A stretch of DNA of 64,000 nucleotides from Tubulanus polymorphus (lineage: Eukaryota; Animalia; Nemertea): assembly GCF_964204645.1 (NCBI RefSeq), contig NC_134030.1:12731947-12795946 (forward strand), given 5' to 3'. A program made the position numbers and the translations under genes. Positions 47,722 through 60,944 of this stretch are shown piece by piece (position 1 is the stretch's first letter; every line of letters begins with the position of its first letter). The notes beneath the pieces were generated by a model, which had not been told where the DNA came from, ran no database searches, and saw only the letters and a program-made list of their open reading frames with translations.

Positions 47722-48075
47722 ATGAAAATAACAGTAGGACCGAGTATATGTTTTGGATTTGATTTTAAACGCGAGAAAGAAATGAAATTGGATATTAATG
47801 ATATAATAACACGTATTAAAAATATTGCATTTTTTAATGAAACAACATTTGATTATGAAACAACAATAAATAAAGAAATTTATAATGTAGATAAGATAAC
47901 TGATTTAATTAGAAATTCTTTAAGATTTTATGAATTAGATGATGATTTTATTATTGATGATATTAAAAGAATAATAACTGAAATATATAAAAATGAAACT
48001 AATAATATTATAAATGTTGAAATTATTATAACTATGATAACTAAATATTTTGAAGGAGATTTTTTTGATAAATAA
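47722..48075 (+). CDS. Homolog of 13663-14004 (frame intact)
   Basis: ITVGPSICFGFDFK...ITKYFE..FFDK. Confidence 0.75.
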   Translation: MKITVGPSICFGFDFKREKEMKLDINDIITRIKNIAFFNETTFDYETTINKEIYNVDKITDLIRNSLRFYELDDDFIIDDIKRIITEIYKNETNNIINVEIIITMITKYFEGDFFDK

Positions 48076-48297
48076 ATGGATCAAAAGTGGGTAATAAATG
48101 GATTATCTAATGGAGCATTATTATCAATTGGAACTGTTGGATATACAATGATATTTAAAAAAGTATTTAAAATGGGAAGTATTAATGTTGATAGATTTGA
48201 TATCAATGATATTTTAAAATTAACATTAGCAGAAACTTTACCTAATTTAACAATTGATTATTTGGAAAAACAAAAATATATTCCTATTGACGCGTAA
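48076..48297 (+). CDS. Homolog of 13441-13662 (frame intact)
   Basis: High identity by eye. Confidence 0.75.
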   Translation: MDQKWVINGLSNGALLSIGTVGYTMIFKKVFKMGSINVDRFDINDILKLTLAETLPNLTIDYLEKQKYIPIDA

Positions 48298-48313
48298 TTT
48301 TTTTACCAAATAA

Positions 48314-48725
48314 ATGGCATCTGCAATAATTATAACTATTATAGAATCGGCAATTGTTAACGCTTTAGCATTTACTGGTGGCGGTTATTTATTTAAGCAT
48401 ATTGATAAAAATGGATCATTATCAGAACAAAAAAGACATAACTTAGCATTAGAGAAATATAATAAAGCAGCGGAAGAATATAGAGAAAAGAGACAAAATT
48501 ATATGGATTATATTAATAAAGAATTATATAATCAGAAAATTTCAATCAGTCAATGATGCAATGAGTTTATATAACGCAGCAACAAATAAAGAAAAATTAC
48601 ATCCATATAAACCTACAATATCAGATTATTATACGCCAAGTAATGAACAGAAGAAATATGAAATAATTTGAATTTTAGGTGGAACAGTTATTGTTATATT
48701 TGTAGCATATAAATTTACAAATTGA
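48314..48725 (+). pseudogene. Homolog of 12993-13415
   Basis: Frameshift near 48540 and internal stop. Confidence 0.8.
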
Positions 48726-48750
48726 TTATATATTATTTTTTGTTAAATAA

Positions 48751-49162
48751 ATGGATGATAAAGTTGATAATATTGATATTGTTCCTCACGATATCAATAA
48801 AACTAAATTAAAAAAATATTTAGAAAAAAAAGTTAAAAAGTTTAAAAGTTAAAAAGAAAAAATATTTAAAAAGCAAAATTATATATTATCTTATTATAAG
48901 TGGTTCGGTTACAATTAGTTCGGTGATAACATTTTTAGCAATATTGTCACCATTAACACCTTTAGCTATCTCAATTGGTGTGCTAGGTTTAAGTTCAAGT
49001 GTATTAAACGAAATAAGTTCAATATTAAATATAAAGTGTAATAATGAAAAAATAAAATCTAATATAAAAGAAATAAATAAATCAAAAAGTACATTAGATT
49101 ATAAATTAAGTTTAAATGGTAATATAACAATTGAAGAACAAGATAAATTATTAAAAGAATGA
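48751..49162 (+). pseudogene. Homolog of 12538-12972
   Basis: Frameshift near 48830-48850. Confidence 0.8.
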
Positions 49163-49176
49163 ATGCGTAATTAATT

Positions 49177-50722
49177 TTTAGGACGTTCGTTAGACGAACG
49201 TCTTTATGTGATCGGTTTGTCGGTTGATGACGCACTTCCGATTTGGTTGACAGACGTTTAAGGTCGTTTTAAAGCCAGTTAGTTAGAGATTTCCTCAAAT
49301 TCCGCATCAGAAATGGTGTCTTCAAGTTGGGATTGAATTTGGTTAAAAATAGTTGGTTAGTTTTTGCTGTGCCCTCTTGAAAAAATGCTCTTCACGCCGT
49401 TTATGTGACATCACACGTCACGTGTTGCTTATGACGTAGAGGGTATAGTGATCGACAGAAGTGCCATTTTTAAAATCGTTGTATCGTGGATGTTAACTTT
49501 AGAGGACCGTACGAAGTCTCTTTAAAGGTGAGTGTCAACATATATGGTGACTTAACTTAATTCCTTGTGAGCGCACAGAGGCCCTGTGAGAATCTAGAGA
49601 CGTTCGCAGCATTGAAAATCCCGCAATGGTCCGCTCGACGCACACACATGCTGTCAGTTTGACCTACGTGACTAAATACAGCCGCCATGAATCAGAAGCA
49701 ATCCACTTCAAATTTTATGAAGTGAATATCATAATTATTATTTATCCGATATACACAAAAAAACCTTTAAGAGAAAGGTATTTGGCGTCGGATTCTGTAC
49801 CGAAAATCCCGGATTGTTACACTGCATAGTTTTTTTAGTAGGGTTCTTTTGACATTCGGCCTTTAAGCCATTTGATTGACACGTGGGGCGGGGCTTGCGA
49901 TCTGCCGATGACGTCAGATGTAAATAATAATATAACCACGTGCATCGCGCACATTTGTAAACAAACCTGGCAACAAATTAGATTTTTTGGCGCCAAAACT
50001 TTTTTGATTTTTTCTTTTGTCCAATGATTTTTCAACTGGAGCTTGTACAATCAAGTATTCACGTTTTATAGACTCTCTCTGAAATAATTCTTGTCCAGGG
50101 GACATGTATTGAAATATCTGTTGTTTTTGTTTTTTTTTATTTTTAGGATATAAACAGCCTAGAAAAAACATCATCTGGCAGACACACATTTGACTACAGA
50201 TCATATCCTGTTATAAAATGTGTTTAATAAATATTTTACTCAAGTTTTCTTGCCATTAATACTTCCGGACTACTTTTATTTTATGGTTATCTAAGTGCAA
50301 GGCAAACATTGGTGGGGTTCCTTTGGCCCTCCGAAGATATAGGACCAAAAGGGGTATTTTATGCCATTTGAATTTATTTTTGCTTAGAAAATCTATTCAA
50401 ATACTTTTTGGCGGGCACATTCAAATTCTGAAGGGTAGGACTAGTCCAACCCCTAAATACACTTGCATTCAGTCTCATGAGAACTAATTTAAAACGTTAA
50501 AACCTTCACCGGCCTCCTACTCAATTTTTTGAATAAATGTAAAACTTATGGCAGAATTTATGGTTGATTCCTCAATTTTTGAATCCCAAAGAATAATTTT
50601 TGAATTACGCAGTAGGATGACACTTGAATAGCCGGTATTCAAATTTTCCAATCAATGTGGGAGGTGTCTGGGTCTACATGCGTTTCACAAACGAACGTCC
50701 TCTTTTAAAGTTTCTTTCTAGT
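49177..50722 (+). mobile_element. Helentron-type non-autonomous element inserted in a T-run between Polinton genes
   Basis: AGGACGTTCGTT / AACGAACGTCCT subterminal IR, palindromic 5' end, CTAGT 3' end, T-tract on both sides. Confidence 0.7.
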
Positions 50723-50734
50723 TTTATTATGTAA

Positions 50735-51606
50735 ATGGGTTTTCCAAAAGCTTTCCAATATAATAAATCAATTAAAAATAATATTCCTGCAATAGATTTT
50801 AATAAAAATATTTCATATAAAAATTTAGTTTTAAATTCATTTATTAATTTAGAAATTTATGGAGTTTTTTATTTCTAGAATGGAAAATATATTTAATACA
50901 TATGAAGTTACTTTTACTCGAGATGAATATAATATATGTAAAATAAAATCTAATATGAAATATTAGGAGAATCAATTAAATCTTGCTGTTTATTGTGCAA
51001 CAACCGGATGTGGTATAAGTTGGAATAATCATTTAAATAATTTAGATAAAAATTTGAATTATTCTGATTTAAAATTAATTCATACAATATTTAGATTTCA
51101 CACGTATTTTCAATTTAGAATTATATCAAATAAATTAGAATGTCCTTTACCTGGATCAAAATATTTTAAAGAATTGGATAAGTTTTACAAAATATGTAAT
51201 GAATTTAATATAAATATAAATAATTCCGATTTTTGAGCGCATGGTAAATAACAAGGTGTTGGTGAAGAATTTGAAATAAAAAGAATTGATTATATGCATA
51301 GAGTTGGAGCTTATCATAATTATGAAATTGATAATAATAATGGTTGGATTAAATTTATTTTAGAAAATAATTAATGTTTTTCCAAACCTGGTATACAAAG
51401 AATAAATCGATCTATCAGATTATATTTGATTTGTATATTGGGATTACAGGTTGAAACAAGATCACCAATAGTTGGAAATGATAATACTTCATTTGATGCA
51501 CAGAAACAATTCAAAGTAGTATTTGACGATTCTATTTATAATGATAGAAATAGATCGATTCCAGAAAATATAGTAAGATATCAAAATTATTTAGATAAAT
51601 CTCATA
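50735..51606 (+). pseudogene. Homolog of 11220-12521, 3'-truncated
   Basis: MGFPKAFQYNKSIK... colinear, with stops. Confidence 0.85.
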
Positions 51607-51986
51607 ATTAATAAACTCTTACCATTGTATAGTGTTGCTACCGTTGTATATGACATGATAATCGGATATCAGTGAGTCGCGCTGTAGGTCAGTGAATACG
51701 GTGAACAAATAGTGTTTATTTTATTGATTATACATAGGCTACGCGTAAAAGCGCGCACACGTGCCTGTGTTGTCATAGTTAACATCATAAATAGCACCAC
51801 CCGTGGGTTGAATATGAACTATACGTACGAAGTGAAGGATAAATAGATGACTATTCCGCTAACTATTACGGCTAATTCGTGCTCCTTTTTTGAATAAGTA
51901 ACATCTCAGGTCGTTATATGTATACTAACGTTTCTTCAGGTAAAGAAATCGCGGAAAGTACAATTTGACGGCAGTTGCCCTTTAAG

Positions 51987-52284
51987 GTTAGAAAAAGATA
52001 TTGATGATTTAAAATATAATTTAGAATTACAGAAAGAAGAAAAAAAATTATCAAAATCATATAATTATTGTATTAATAGATTAAAAGTTATTTTTAAAGA
52101 TTTGTTGACAAAACCAAATTCGAAATATCATTAAAAGATAGAATAAAATTATTATTTAAATTAGAAGGTATAACAATTCTTTCAATTCGAACAGCTGTAA
52201 CTATGGTATTTACAACAATTGGTTTAGCTATATCAAATTCATTAAAATCGACACCAAGCCCTAAACCACCTGATAAACCACCAA
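51987..52284 (+). pseudogene. Fragment of the ~523-aa membrane protein gene (homolog of about 9880-10180)
   Basis: EKDIDDLKYNLELQKE...SLKDRIKLLFKLEGITILS. Confidence 0.8.
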
Positions 52285-52688
52285 ATGATAGTTATGAATC
52301 CGAAATTTAATAAAATGAATATATTAGATTATCGGTGGTATAGAAAAATATTTATAGATTATTTCTCGAGTAATGATATAGATGATATATTGAAAATGTT
52401 AGATAACTTTAAACCAAATATAACTCATGCAATGAATTTATTTGAACTTAAATATGATGATTTTAGAGAATTTTTGAATAAACATCCATCTTAAAATGAA
52501 ATCGAAAGTTATATTCCAAAAATATTTTCAAGAGCAACATTCAATAAATATAAACTCAGGAATTATGGAATTATAACAATGGAAACGCAAAGGAATGTAT
52601 AGTTAGAATATTATAATCTTATAGAAAAATATGAAAATGAAAAGGATTAATTTCTATACAGAAATTTCGTATACATATTGATGTACAA

Positions 52689-52790
<102 letters not shown>

Positions 52791-52995
52791 ACTTTTAACA
52801 TACCAATTGGAAGAATGGTACGAGTATGAATATAATTGATAAAATAACTTAAAATCAAACTCGTACTGTTTTTAAAATGAAAAATATATATAAATTATAT
52901 ACGTTACACTCGTACCATTCTTCCAATTCTTCCAATTCATACACTCGTATACTTATACACAATTCTAAATTCTATCATATTTCAAATTATGATTT

Positions 52996-53581
52996 TATTT
53001 TATAAATTTATATTCATATGGAAATTGTAGTCTCAGTAATAATTTGGACCTTTATTACTTTTTAATTTATTCGTATATTCATCATGTAATTCAGTAGGTA
53101 TAATTTCATTTTCTTCCAATGATTGTTACAAAGATTTTCTATCTTTATTGTAGAATCTTTCACAATCGAATTATATTTTTGAATTAACACCCATGTTGCT
53201 ATCCCAAAATGTCTCTCAAAGAAAGCTAAATAGCATAGTTCACTTTCTCTAAATTTTGAATCATGTAAATCTGCACAATATATCTACAATAAATAATGTA
53301 TTCGTTCCTTTATAAATATCTAATGCAATTCTAATACAATTATCTAAGTTATTCTTTACAGAAGTAGGATTTAATATAATAAATCTTTTATCTTTAAAAA
53401 CTATATCTCTATTATACGTTTCATTCATTTCATAAGTATGGCAGAAAAATATAATATTATCAAAATGATTTTTATAAATAGTTTCTAACAAATCTAATAT
53501 AAAATGTGTTTTACCACAGTTGGTTACTCCAGTAACTAACATATTATGTGGTTCAAATATAAATGAATCTTTACTATTCAT
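52996..53581 (-). pseudogene. Packaging ATPase pseudogene
   Basis: GVTNCGKT; frameshift after Walker B. Confidence 0.9.
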
Positions 53582-54632
53582 TTATTTTTTTGATTTTATT
53601 TAATAAGATCCATTCATTAAATTTATCATCATACCCTTTATATTTCACCAAAGAATATTTCTTGCCATGTAATGTTTTTGCTTTTTCTATTTTGTATTCT
53701 ATATCATCTGGATTTGGTACAAGTGATAATTCTTGTTCGTAAAAATATTTCTTCGTCCTTTAAATCTTCTAAACAAATGGTTTAGTTAATATAATTCTTT
53801 TAATTTTAAATATTTCTTCAGTAAAATTAGGAGTATAACCTTTGTAAAATGTTTTTCTATGTTTAGAAATTCTAACATGTTGTCCTATTTTAAATTTAGG
53901 TTCTCCGAAATCATGTGTAACAAACACACCATATAAATTATTCCAAACAACTTCTGAATTATTTCCTTTTCTAGCGTGTATAGGTTTCATATCTATAGAA
54001 CTATGTTTAGAATTATTATAACCTTTCACTAAATCATCTAATACATCGATATATTTATATGTTTCATTAGCAGTAAAATATTTCCACATTCTAGTTTTCA
54101 ATGTTTTATTAAATCTTTCTATAATAGATGCTTTTTTATCTGAGTGCGTTGAAAAATATTCCACATCGTTATCGGATAATAATTTTTTTAAATGTTTATT
54201 GTAAAATTCTTTACCTTCACCAAGTTGTATCTTATCCGGGATAGCTTTTTTAAATATATTTTTAAAAGCATTAGTAACTTCTATACGAGTTTTATTTCTG
54301 ATTGGAATTGACCATGCGTATCTACTGAATATATCTATAACATTTAATATCCAGAAATATCCTTTATTGTATTCTTCTAAGTTTTTCATATCAATTAAAT
54401 CTGCTTGCCATTGTTGATCAATATATGAAACCATAACTTTTCTTGTTAAATGATTTTTATCCATCTTCGTATGTATTTCATATGTTGGATTTTGTAACCA
54501 TAATTTTAATTCACTATATTTCATATTTTCATTATCATATTGTATTTTATCCCATAATTCTGAAACACTAGAATATGATACTTCACTCTCTGGGTCATAA
54601 TATAAATCTTTTAAATATTGATCTTTTTTCAT
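53578..54632 (-). pseudogene. RVE integrase pseudogene
   Basis: Colinear with 5496-6584; catalytic QFDEG changed to QLGEG; stop and deletions in the C-terminus. Confidence 0.9.
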
Positions 54633-54683
54633 CTTATTTTAATCCTTTAATGATAATTTGGATTTATTTTCAATGATTTTATC

Positions 54684-54972
54684 ATTAGGGTTTTCTGTTA
54701 TTTCACAGAAAACCCTATTGATATCCGCGTGATTATTAGGGTTTTCTGTTATTTCACAGAAAACCCTATTGATATCCGCGTGATTATTAGGGTTTTCTGT
54801 TACATCACAGAAAACCCTATTGAGATTCGCGTGTTTCTTATTATTAGGGTTTTCTGTTACATCACAGAAAACCCTATTGAGATTCGCGTGTTTCTTATTA
54901 TTAGGGTTTTCTGTTACATCACAGAAAACCCTATTGAGATTCGCGTGTTTCTTATTATTATTATTATTATAA
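54684..54972. repeat. Five tandem 51/57-bp hairpin repeats followed by (ATT)n; probably the amplified end of a Helentron-type element
   Basis: TAGGGTTTTCTG-loop-CAGAAAACCCTA units at 54684, 54735, 54786, 54843 and 54900; solo inverted copy at about 45557-45608. Confidence 0.8.
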
Positions 54973-56003
54973 TTTTTTTCCACACATTTTTTGTCAAAAG
55001 TACATAGGCTTTTTTACATTACCGCTGTTGCCGATACAATCCGTCTGATATCATTCAGCTCAGTTCGATCTACAAATACTCCATGCGAATTTTGAAGAAT
55101 CAACGTTACAAAAGCACTGTCGGGCCGTAAACTTCGAAAATTGAGCCCCATTCAAAGAGCCGACATATTTTTCTAAGTCGTCTTTCCGAAATCTACCGCA
55201 CGTTTCTTGTCACATCGATTATCAATTCTAGCATAAATTAACAAATTTATTACCGAAAGATTGCACAATCTGTCGCGGTTTTTTAAAAACTAATTTTAAC
55301 AGTAACCCATTTTCCTCATCAAATTATATTACTGATACACAGGAAATTTACTACTTTAGATTTTAAAAGCACTGTCGAGCCGTAAACATCGACAAATCGA
55401 CGTGTGTCACTACATCGTCGTTCCGGGAATCAGCTGCGAGTTTCTCTCATTCTGAGAATCAAATCGAGTACAAATTAATTTATTACTACCAGTGATTTGG
55501 CTGCGGGCGTCAAGCAGTTAATTTAGCGATACCTATTTTTCTTTACCAAATTTACCGTGTTTTTACTAAGATAAATCATAAGTGTACCGGGGAGTCGTAG
55601 GCCTAAACTAAACACGCCGAAGAGATATAGCGGAGAAAAGCTGTTATGTCGACGAGGTATCAAAATTAAAGAACATATTACTTTATTCGGCCGCGGCCCT
55701 CTTTATCAATACCATCAATACTCTATATTTCCTACAGTACATACCGATCATTGTCAAATCCACAAGGTATTTACTAAATACAAGTATATAACACACTCCT
55801 ATCCGTATGCTGGACTCACACTTGACATTCGGAGTAAGCGTTCGCTGTGGGGGAAAGGAGATCGTTCGCTGTGTCGCTTGAAGTGTTTATCGAGTTTTAG
55901 GTGACCTTAAAGCTTTAGTATGGTGGCTGATAAGATAAATAACACGAATATGCAAATAAGGGCGACATTACGACAAAACTAAAATAACGCGACAAAACAA
56001 TGA

Positions 56004-58318
56004 TTTTGATTTTGTCGCCCGCGAAAATTCATTATTTTGGTTTTATCGCCCACGACAATTCATTACTTTAGTTTGATCGCCAGCGACAATGCATTATTTT
56101 GGTTTTGTCGCCCGCGACAATTCATTATTTTGGTTTTATATTTTGTTTTTGTCGCCCGCGAAATTTTTCTTTTTTGGTTTAGTCACCCGCGACAATTTAA
56201 TATTTTGATTTTATCGCCCGCGACAATTCAATATTTTGGTTTTATCGCCCGCGATAATTCATTATTTTGGTTTTGTCTCCTGCGACAATTCATTATTTTG
56301 GTTTTGTCACCCGCGACAATTCAATATTTTGGTTTTGTCGCCCGCGACAATTCAATATTTTGGTTTTGTCGCCCGCGAAAATTCATTATTTTGGTTTTAT
56401 CAACCGTGACAATTCAATATTTTGGTTTTATCGCCCACGATAATTCATTATTTTGGTTTTATCGCCCACGACAATTCATTATATTTGTTTTGTCGCCCGA
56501 GACAATTCATTATTTTAGTTTTATCGCCCGCGACAATTCATTATTTTGGTTTTATCGCCCGCGACAATTCATTATTTTGGTTTTGTCGCCCGCGACAATT
56601 CATTATTTTGATTTTGTCGCCCGCGACGATTCAATATTTTGTTTTTGTCGCCCGAGACGATTCATTATTTTGGTTTTATCGCCCGCGACGATTCAATATT
56701 TTTGTTTTATCGCCCGCGACAATTCATTAGTTTGGTTTTATCGCCCGCGACAATTCATTAGTTTGGTTTTGCGCCCGCGACAATTCAATATTTTGGTTTT
56801 GTCGCCCGCGACAATTATTTTTCAGTCCACTTGGGACTTTAGTCCCAGCGGGCTATTGCGTTCACTTTTCGTCCGTCCGTCCGTCCATAGACGGAATCCA
56901 GTTATTTTGGGAAGTTTTGAAGACGCTTCAAGGTAATGTCTTGATATTTGGTTTATACATGTATCTACCCTAGACACATCGTCAGCCCAAAAACTGGCCC
57001 TGTCAGATTCAAGATGGCCGACTGGCAGCCATTGTTGTTTGCCAAAATCGGCACTTTTTAAACATTTTCGAAGTTTTCGTGGGAAATTTTGAAGACGCTT
57101 TGATCAATTACCTTGATCATTCGTTTATATTTGAATCTACCAAAGGCCCATCAGCATAAGAAAATTGGGTCGATCTGACTCAAGATGGCCGTCCTATGAC
57201 CTTTTTAGTGCCCAAAAATGTCAATTTTGGCCAGAATTCTAGGTCACGTAGCTTCCTACTGGTTTGCCATTTCTCATTGCAATTGCTGATGGGTATTCTT
57301 CAGAGAGGGATGTTTTATACCTGGGACAGGTATCTTTGATCAGCCAATTATGACGCAATTGGCGGCCATCTTGGTTTCATCAGTACTCATTCGTAGGTGG
57401 GAAAAAGTTTTTCCACATTAAATTGATACCTAAGCATATTGTGTTACTATATTCAATTGGAAAGTTGTAGCCCATAACGTGTTCTATGATTTTGGTGAGT
57501 TTCAAGGTCATTGGTTTTTGTATGTGGCCATCAGGGGGCGTTGAATAATACAATAACTTAGTATTGCTATATTTGTACCAAGGCATATTTTGTTACCATG
57601 ATCAATTGCAAAGTTGTAGTTCATGACATCGTCTATGATTGTGGTGAGTTTTTAAGGACATTAGTTATTCCATATAGTCACCAGGGGGCGTTGAATAGTA
57701 GAATGGCTTAGTATTTCCTCATTAGATTGGTACCTAGGCATATTTTGTTACTATGATCAATTGCAAAGTTGTATTTCATGACATGTACTACGATTGGGGT
57801 CAGTTTTAAGGTCATTGGGTTTTGCATATGGTCACCAGGGGGCGTTAAATAGTAGAATAACTTAGTATTTCCATATTAAATTGGTAACGAGGCATATTTT
57901 GTTATCACAATCGATTACAAAATCATAGCTGCTGACATGTTCTATGATTGTGGTGGGTTTCAAGGTCATTGGTTTTTGTATATGGTCACTAGAGGGCGTT
58001 ATGTATTGAAATTGTTAGATTGTTGAGCATTTGAAACCACTTCCCAAGTGAGCATGGTGTCCCTGGACCCCTAGTTTGGTTTTGTCGCTCGCGACAATTC
58101 ATTATTTTGGTTTTGTCGCACGCAACAATTCAATATTTTGTTTTTGTCGTCCGCGACAATTCATTATTTTGGTTTTATCGCCCGCGACAATTCAATATTT
58201 TGGTTTTATCGCCCCCGACAATTCATTATTTTGGTTTTATCGCCCGTGACAATTCAATATTTTGGTTTTGTCACCCGCGACAATTCATAATTTTGGTTTT
58301 GTCACCCGTGGTTTTGTC
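56004..58318. repeat. About 31-bp minisatellite (ATTCATTATTTTGGTTTTGTCGCCCGCGACA)n, interrupted at 56819-58076
   Basis: Direct reading. Confidence 0.92.
56819..58076 (+). mobile_element. Helentron-associated non-autonomous element with internal ~152-bp tandem repeats
   Basis: CCACTTGGGAC..GTCCCAG 5' palindrome, (GTCC)n, about 4 repeats at 57440-58000, CCCAAGTG...CTAGT end. Confidence 0.8.
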
Positions 58319-58783
58319 GGAACATTAAGTTTTTTGGTCGAACAGTGTATTAAGGTCGTTTTGGAAATTTACTCGGTCTGGTATATTTTGGATTACTGTG
58401 TATGTCATTTGTCAGGACATTAAACAGAAGACGACTTAGGATACTACCTTGCGTGACTCCACTAGTTAGACCGTCTCATTCCAAGATGAGGCGTTCCGTT
58501 GATTTCGGTTACAAGTTTCCGTTCAGAGATAACTGCTGAGCCATTTGGGCGACCTATCATTGATACTGTTTCCTAATAGCCTGTTTAGTAATGGCTGATG
58601 TTGAGCCTTATCAAATGCTTTGTTGAAATCCACCGTTGAACAGGATTCTAAGACTGTGCAGAAAACCCGTTATCGCTGCTTTGCAGCTATATTTCAGGTT
58701 GGTTTGCCCTTTAATGTCAAATGATCTTGGATAATCATTTTTATGTAATTACTCTCCATTTATTTTCTTTGTTTCAAAATTAG

Positions 58784-59119
58784 GATGCTATGGACCAAGT
58801 AGCCGACGAATGGAATTCCCATACAATCCGAAAAATGTCTGGAAATCATATTATATCAGGAGTCCCCGCGCAACTTTATAAGTACCCTGAGCTGTTTGGT
58901 GGCGGGGATGTGCTTCGGGGACCGTTGACGCGAGCTGAAATAGATGCGTGTGCTGAAGATTGTATACTAAAGGACGATGTCACATGCAAAGATCCAGCCA
59001 TACTAGATGCTGTGATGGAAATCATGCAGGATCACAATTATCATATTCCCAGCGATGCATATGATACTGTAGAACTGTACAACTTTTTGAGGCAGGAAAT
59101 TAGTAGGATGCTTGTTTAA
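58784..59119 (+). CDS. Terminal exon of an integrase-core/DDE transposase-like gene
   Basis: Polypyrimidine-AG acceptor; WNSHTIR...GVP..LY..PE.FG motif; upstream exons not identified. Confidence 0.55.
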   Translation, partial: DAMDQVADEWNSHTIRKMSGNHIISGVPAQLYKYPELFGGGDVLRGPLTRAEIDACAEDCILKDDVTCKDPAILDAVMEIMQDHNYHIPSDAYDTVELYNFLRQEISRMLV

Positions 59120-59960
59120 GTTCAACTTTCTAATAGTCAACTTTGTAATGTGTTGATTTTCACAATCAAAAATAAGTGGCCGATTTTATATTACTGTCTT
59201 AAATGTGCATGTATTTAGGGTGTCTGGTTTTAACAGAAACAATACAGTCCTCAGTTTCAGACAGGGGTTCATTGTACTCTGGTATCCGTTGACTTGCGTA
59301 GCCTTACAAATCTGACCAATTTTAGAGTCATACAATCAGGTTAGTCTGTATGAATGTCTGTATCAAATTTCTGAAAGCGCAAATTTCAGCCCACAATATA
59401 AGCAAAAAACAATTAATTGAATGAACCAAACTTTTTATTTGATCATGCATAGAACTGATTTGTTCAGAAAAGATCTCTACAAAACTGAAAAACGGGTCCA
59501 AAGTAGCCACTGATGATTACGAAAGAATTGATACAAAAATATAATCTATAATCATGCATACTGTTCTATAATTTCTACACTGTCAACAGATATTCTATTG
59601 AATTAACTAAACAAATTATAAGAAAGAATTAAATTTGAAAGCTGGCTTTTTCAAATTATTGTCATGAAAACAAAAATATTGCTATTAAAATACTGATTCA
59701 CAACCCATCTTAAAAAACTATAATATATAAACATGCATACGCTTTTAAAATTTCAACAATGTTTATAGATATTTAATGTATAAACTAAACAAATGATAAA
59801 AAATTAATGAATTCGAAAGCGGGGTAAAAATTAAGATTGCAGGCTAGGTAGCGACTATTAATTTCGGGTCAGCCTCTGAACTCAGAGTAGTTAAGAACAC
59901 AATGAAATGCATACGGTACATAACTGTGCAGTACATGATTGTGCAGTAATTGTTATGTGT

Positions 59961-60800
59961 TCATTTGTCCGTAAAAGACAGACAACTAAGAATCGCAGCA
60001 AGCATGTTTTGCTGAAATTCGTCGTATTCGCTTAGAACTGGTAAATGCAAAATATTGGCGCAGGTATTTGCAATAGGGTAGTTTCTTGTCCACTCATCAT
60101 TTCCATCCGATGGATGTCGAAACCGTATACACACTGGTGGATCAAATCCAAGAGTTGGGGGCGTGCCAACCCTGTAGTGAATATAAGAAGGTCTTCCAGG
60201 AAACCACGTTCTGAAAAAGAAATATATGTACATGTATGTGTTTGAAACAATGCCTTAACTACTTACAAGTAATGCCAATGGATATAGATAATCAGATAAA
60301 TAATGATAAGGGGAATTTGACTATGCGTACCTCCCAGATGCTCGACAAAATCATACCAATATGCTAGTGTATCAGACTCGGCCCTCCTTTTATTTGAACC
60401 TTCCGGGCTTAATTCTGGTGTCTGGAACATATCTAGTATCTGATTGGCATCAAGACTATGAATGGGTTCCAGAAAAAACCTCTCGCATGAGATTTCGGTT
60501 TTCTTGTACCGCCATTAAAAACCCTAAGGTTTCCAAACCACTTTTGAACCTGAAAAACAGAGAACATCATTACTGCAAGTGATTTCTCGAATCTCAGTTT
60601 GATTACAGTAGTTCATTTGCGGATTCATTTCAGATTTTTAACATTTTACATCTTATTAAACTCTCCATGCATTGAAAGTACAACATTTGACTGATAATTC
60701 TTTACAGTGAATTTTACTCAATGGAAAGGAGGATGGAAAAGACTTACTGTTCAATAGCAGAGTTAGTTCTTTGAAAAATGTACCAGTGTGCAACATTGCT
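59961..60800 (-). pseudogene. G2E3-like HECT E3 ligase 3' exons (60210-59961, 60549-60331, and one ending at 60748)
   Basis: F..GLETLG, S.EGSNKR..E, LLIFTTG...P.LGFDP, PIANTCANILHLP (catalytic Cys); frameshifts; GT-AG sites. Confidence 0.75.
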
Positions 60801-60944
60801 TTCGCTTTGGACAGCTTCTTCTAGGCTGTTTATAGGAAGAAATCCTACTAGCGCTAGAATGTCAATTCCGCGACACTCCTACTGTACAGACGTACTTTCG
60901 GCGCGCTCGTTTCAATCGACCTTTAAACCAGTCTTCAACTCAGT

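Noticed and set aside
54684-54972. CRISPR-like palindromic repeat array (also considered for 2839-3400)
   Set aside because: No unique spacers, no cas genes, eukaryotic context
56037-56936. 299-aa and 102-aa repetitive ORFs
   Set aside because: Open frames through a 31-bp minisatellite
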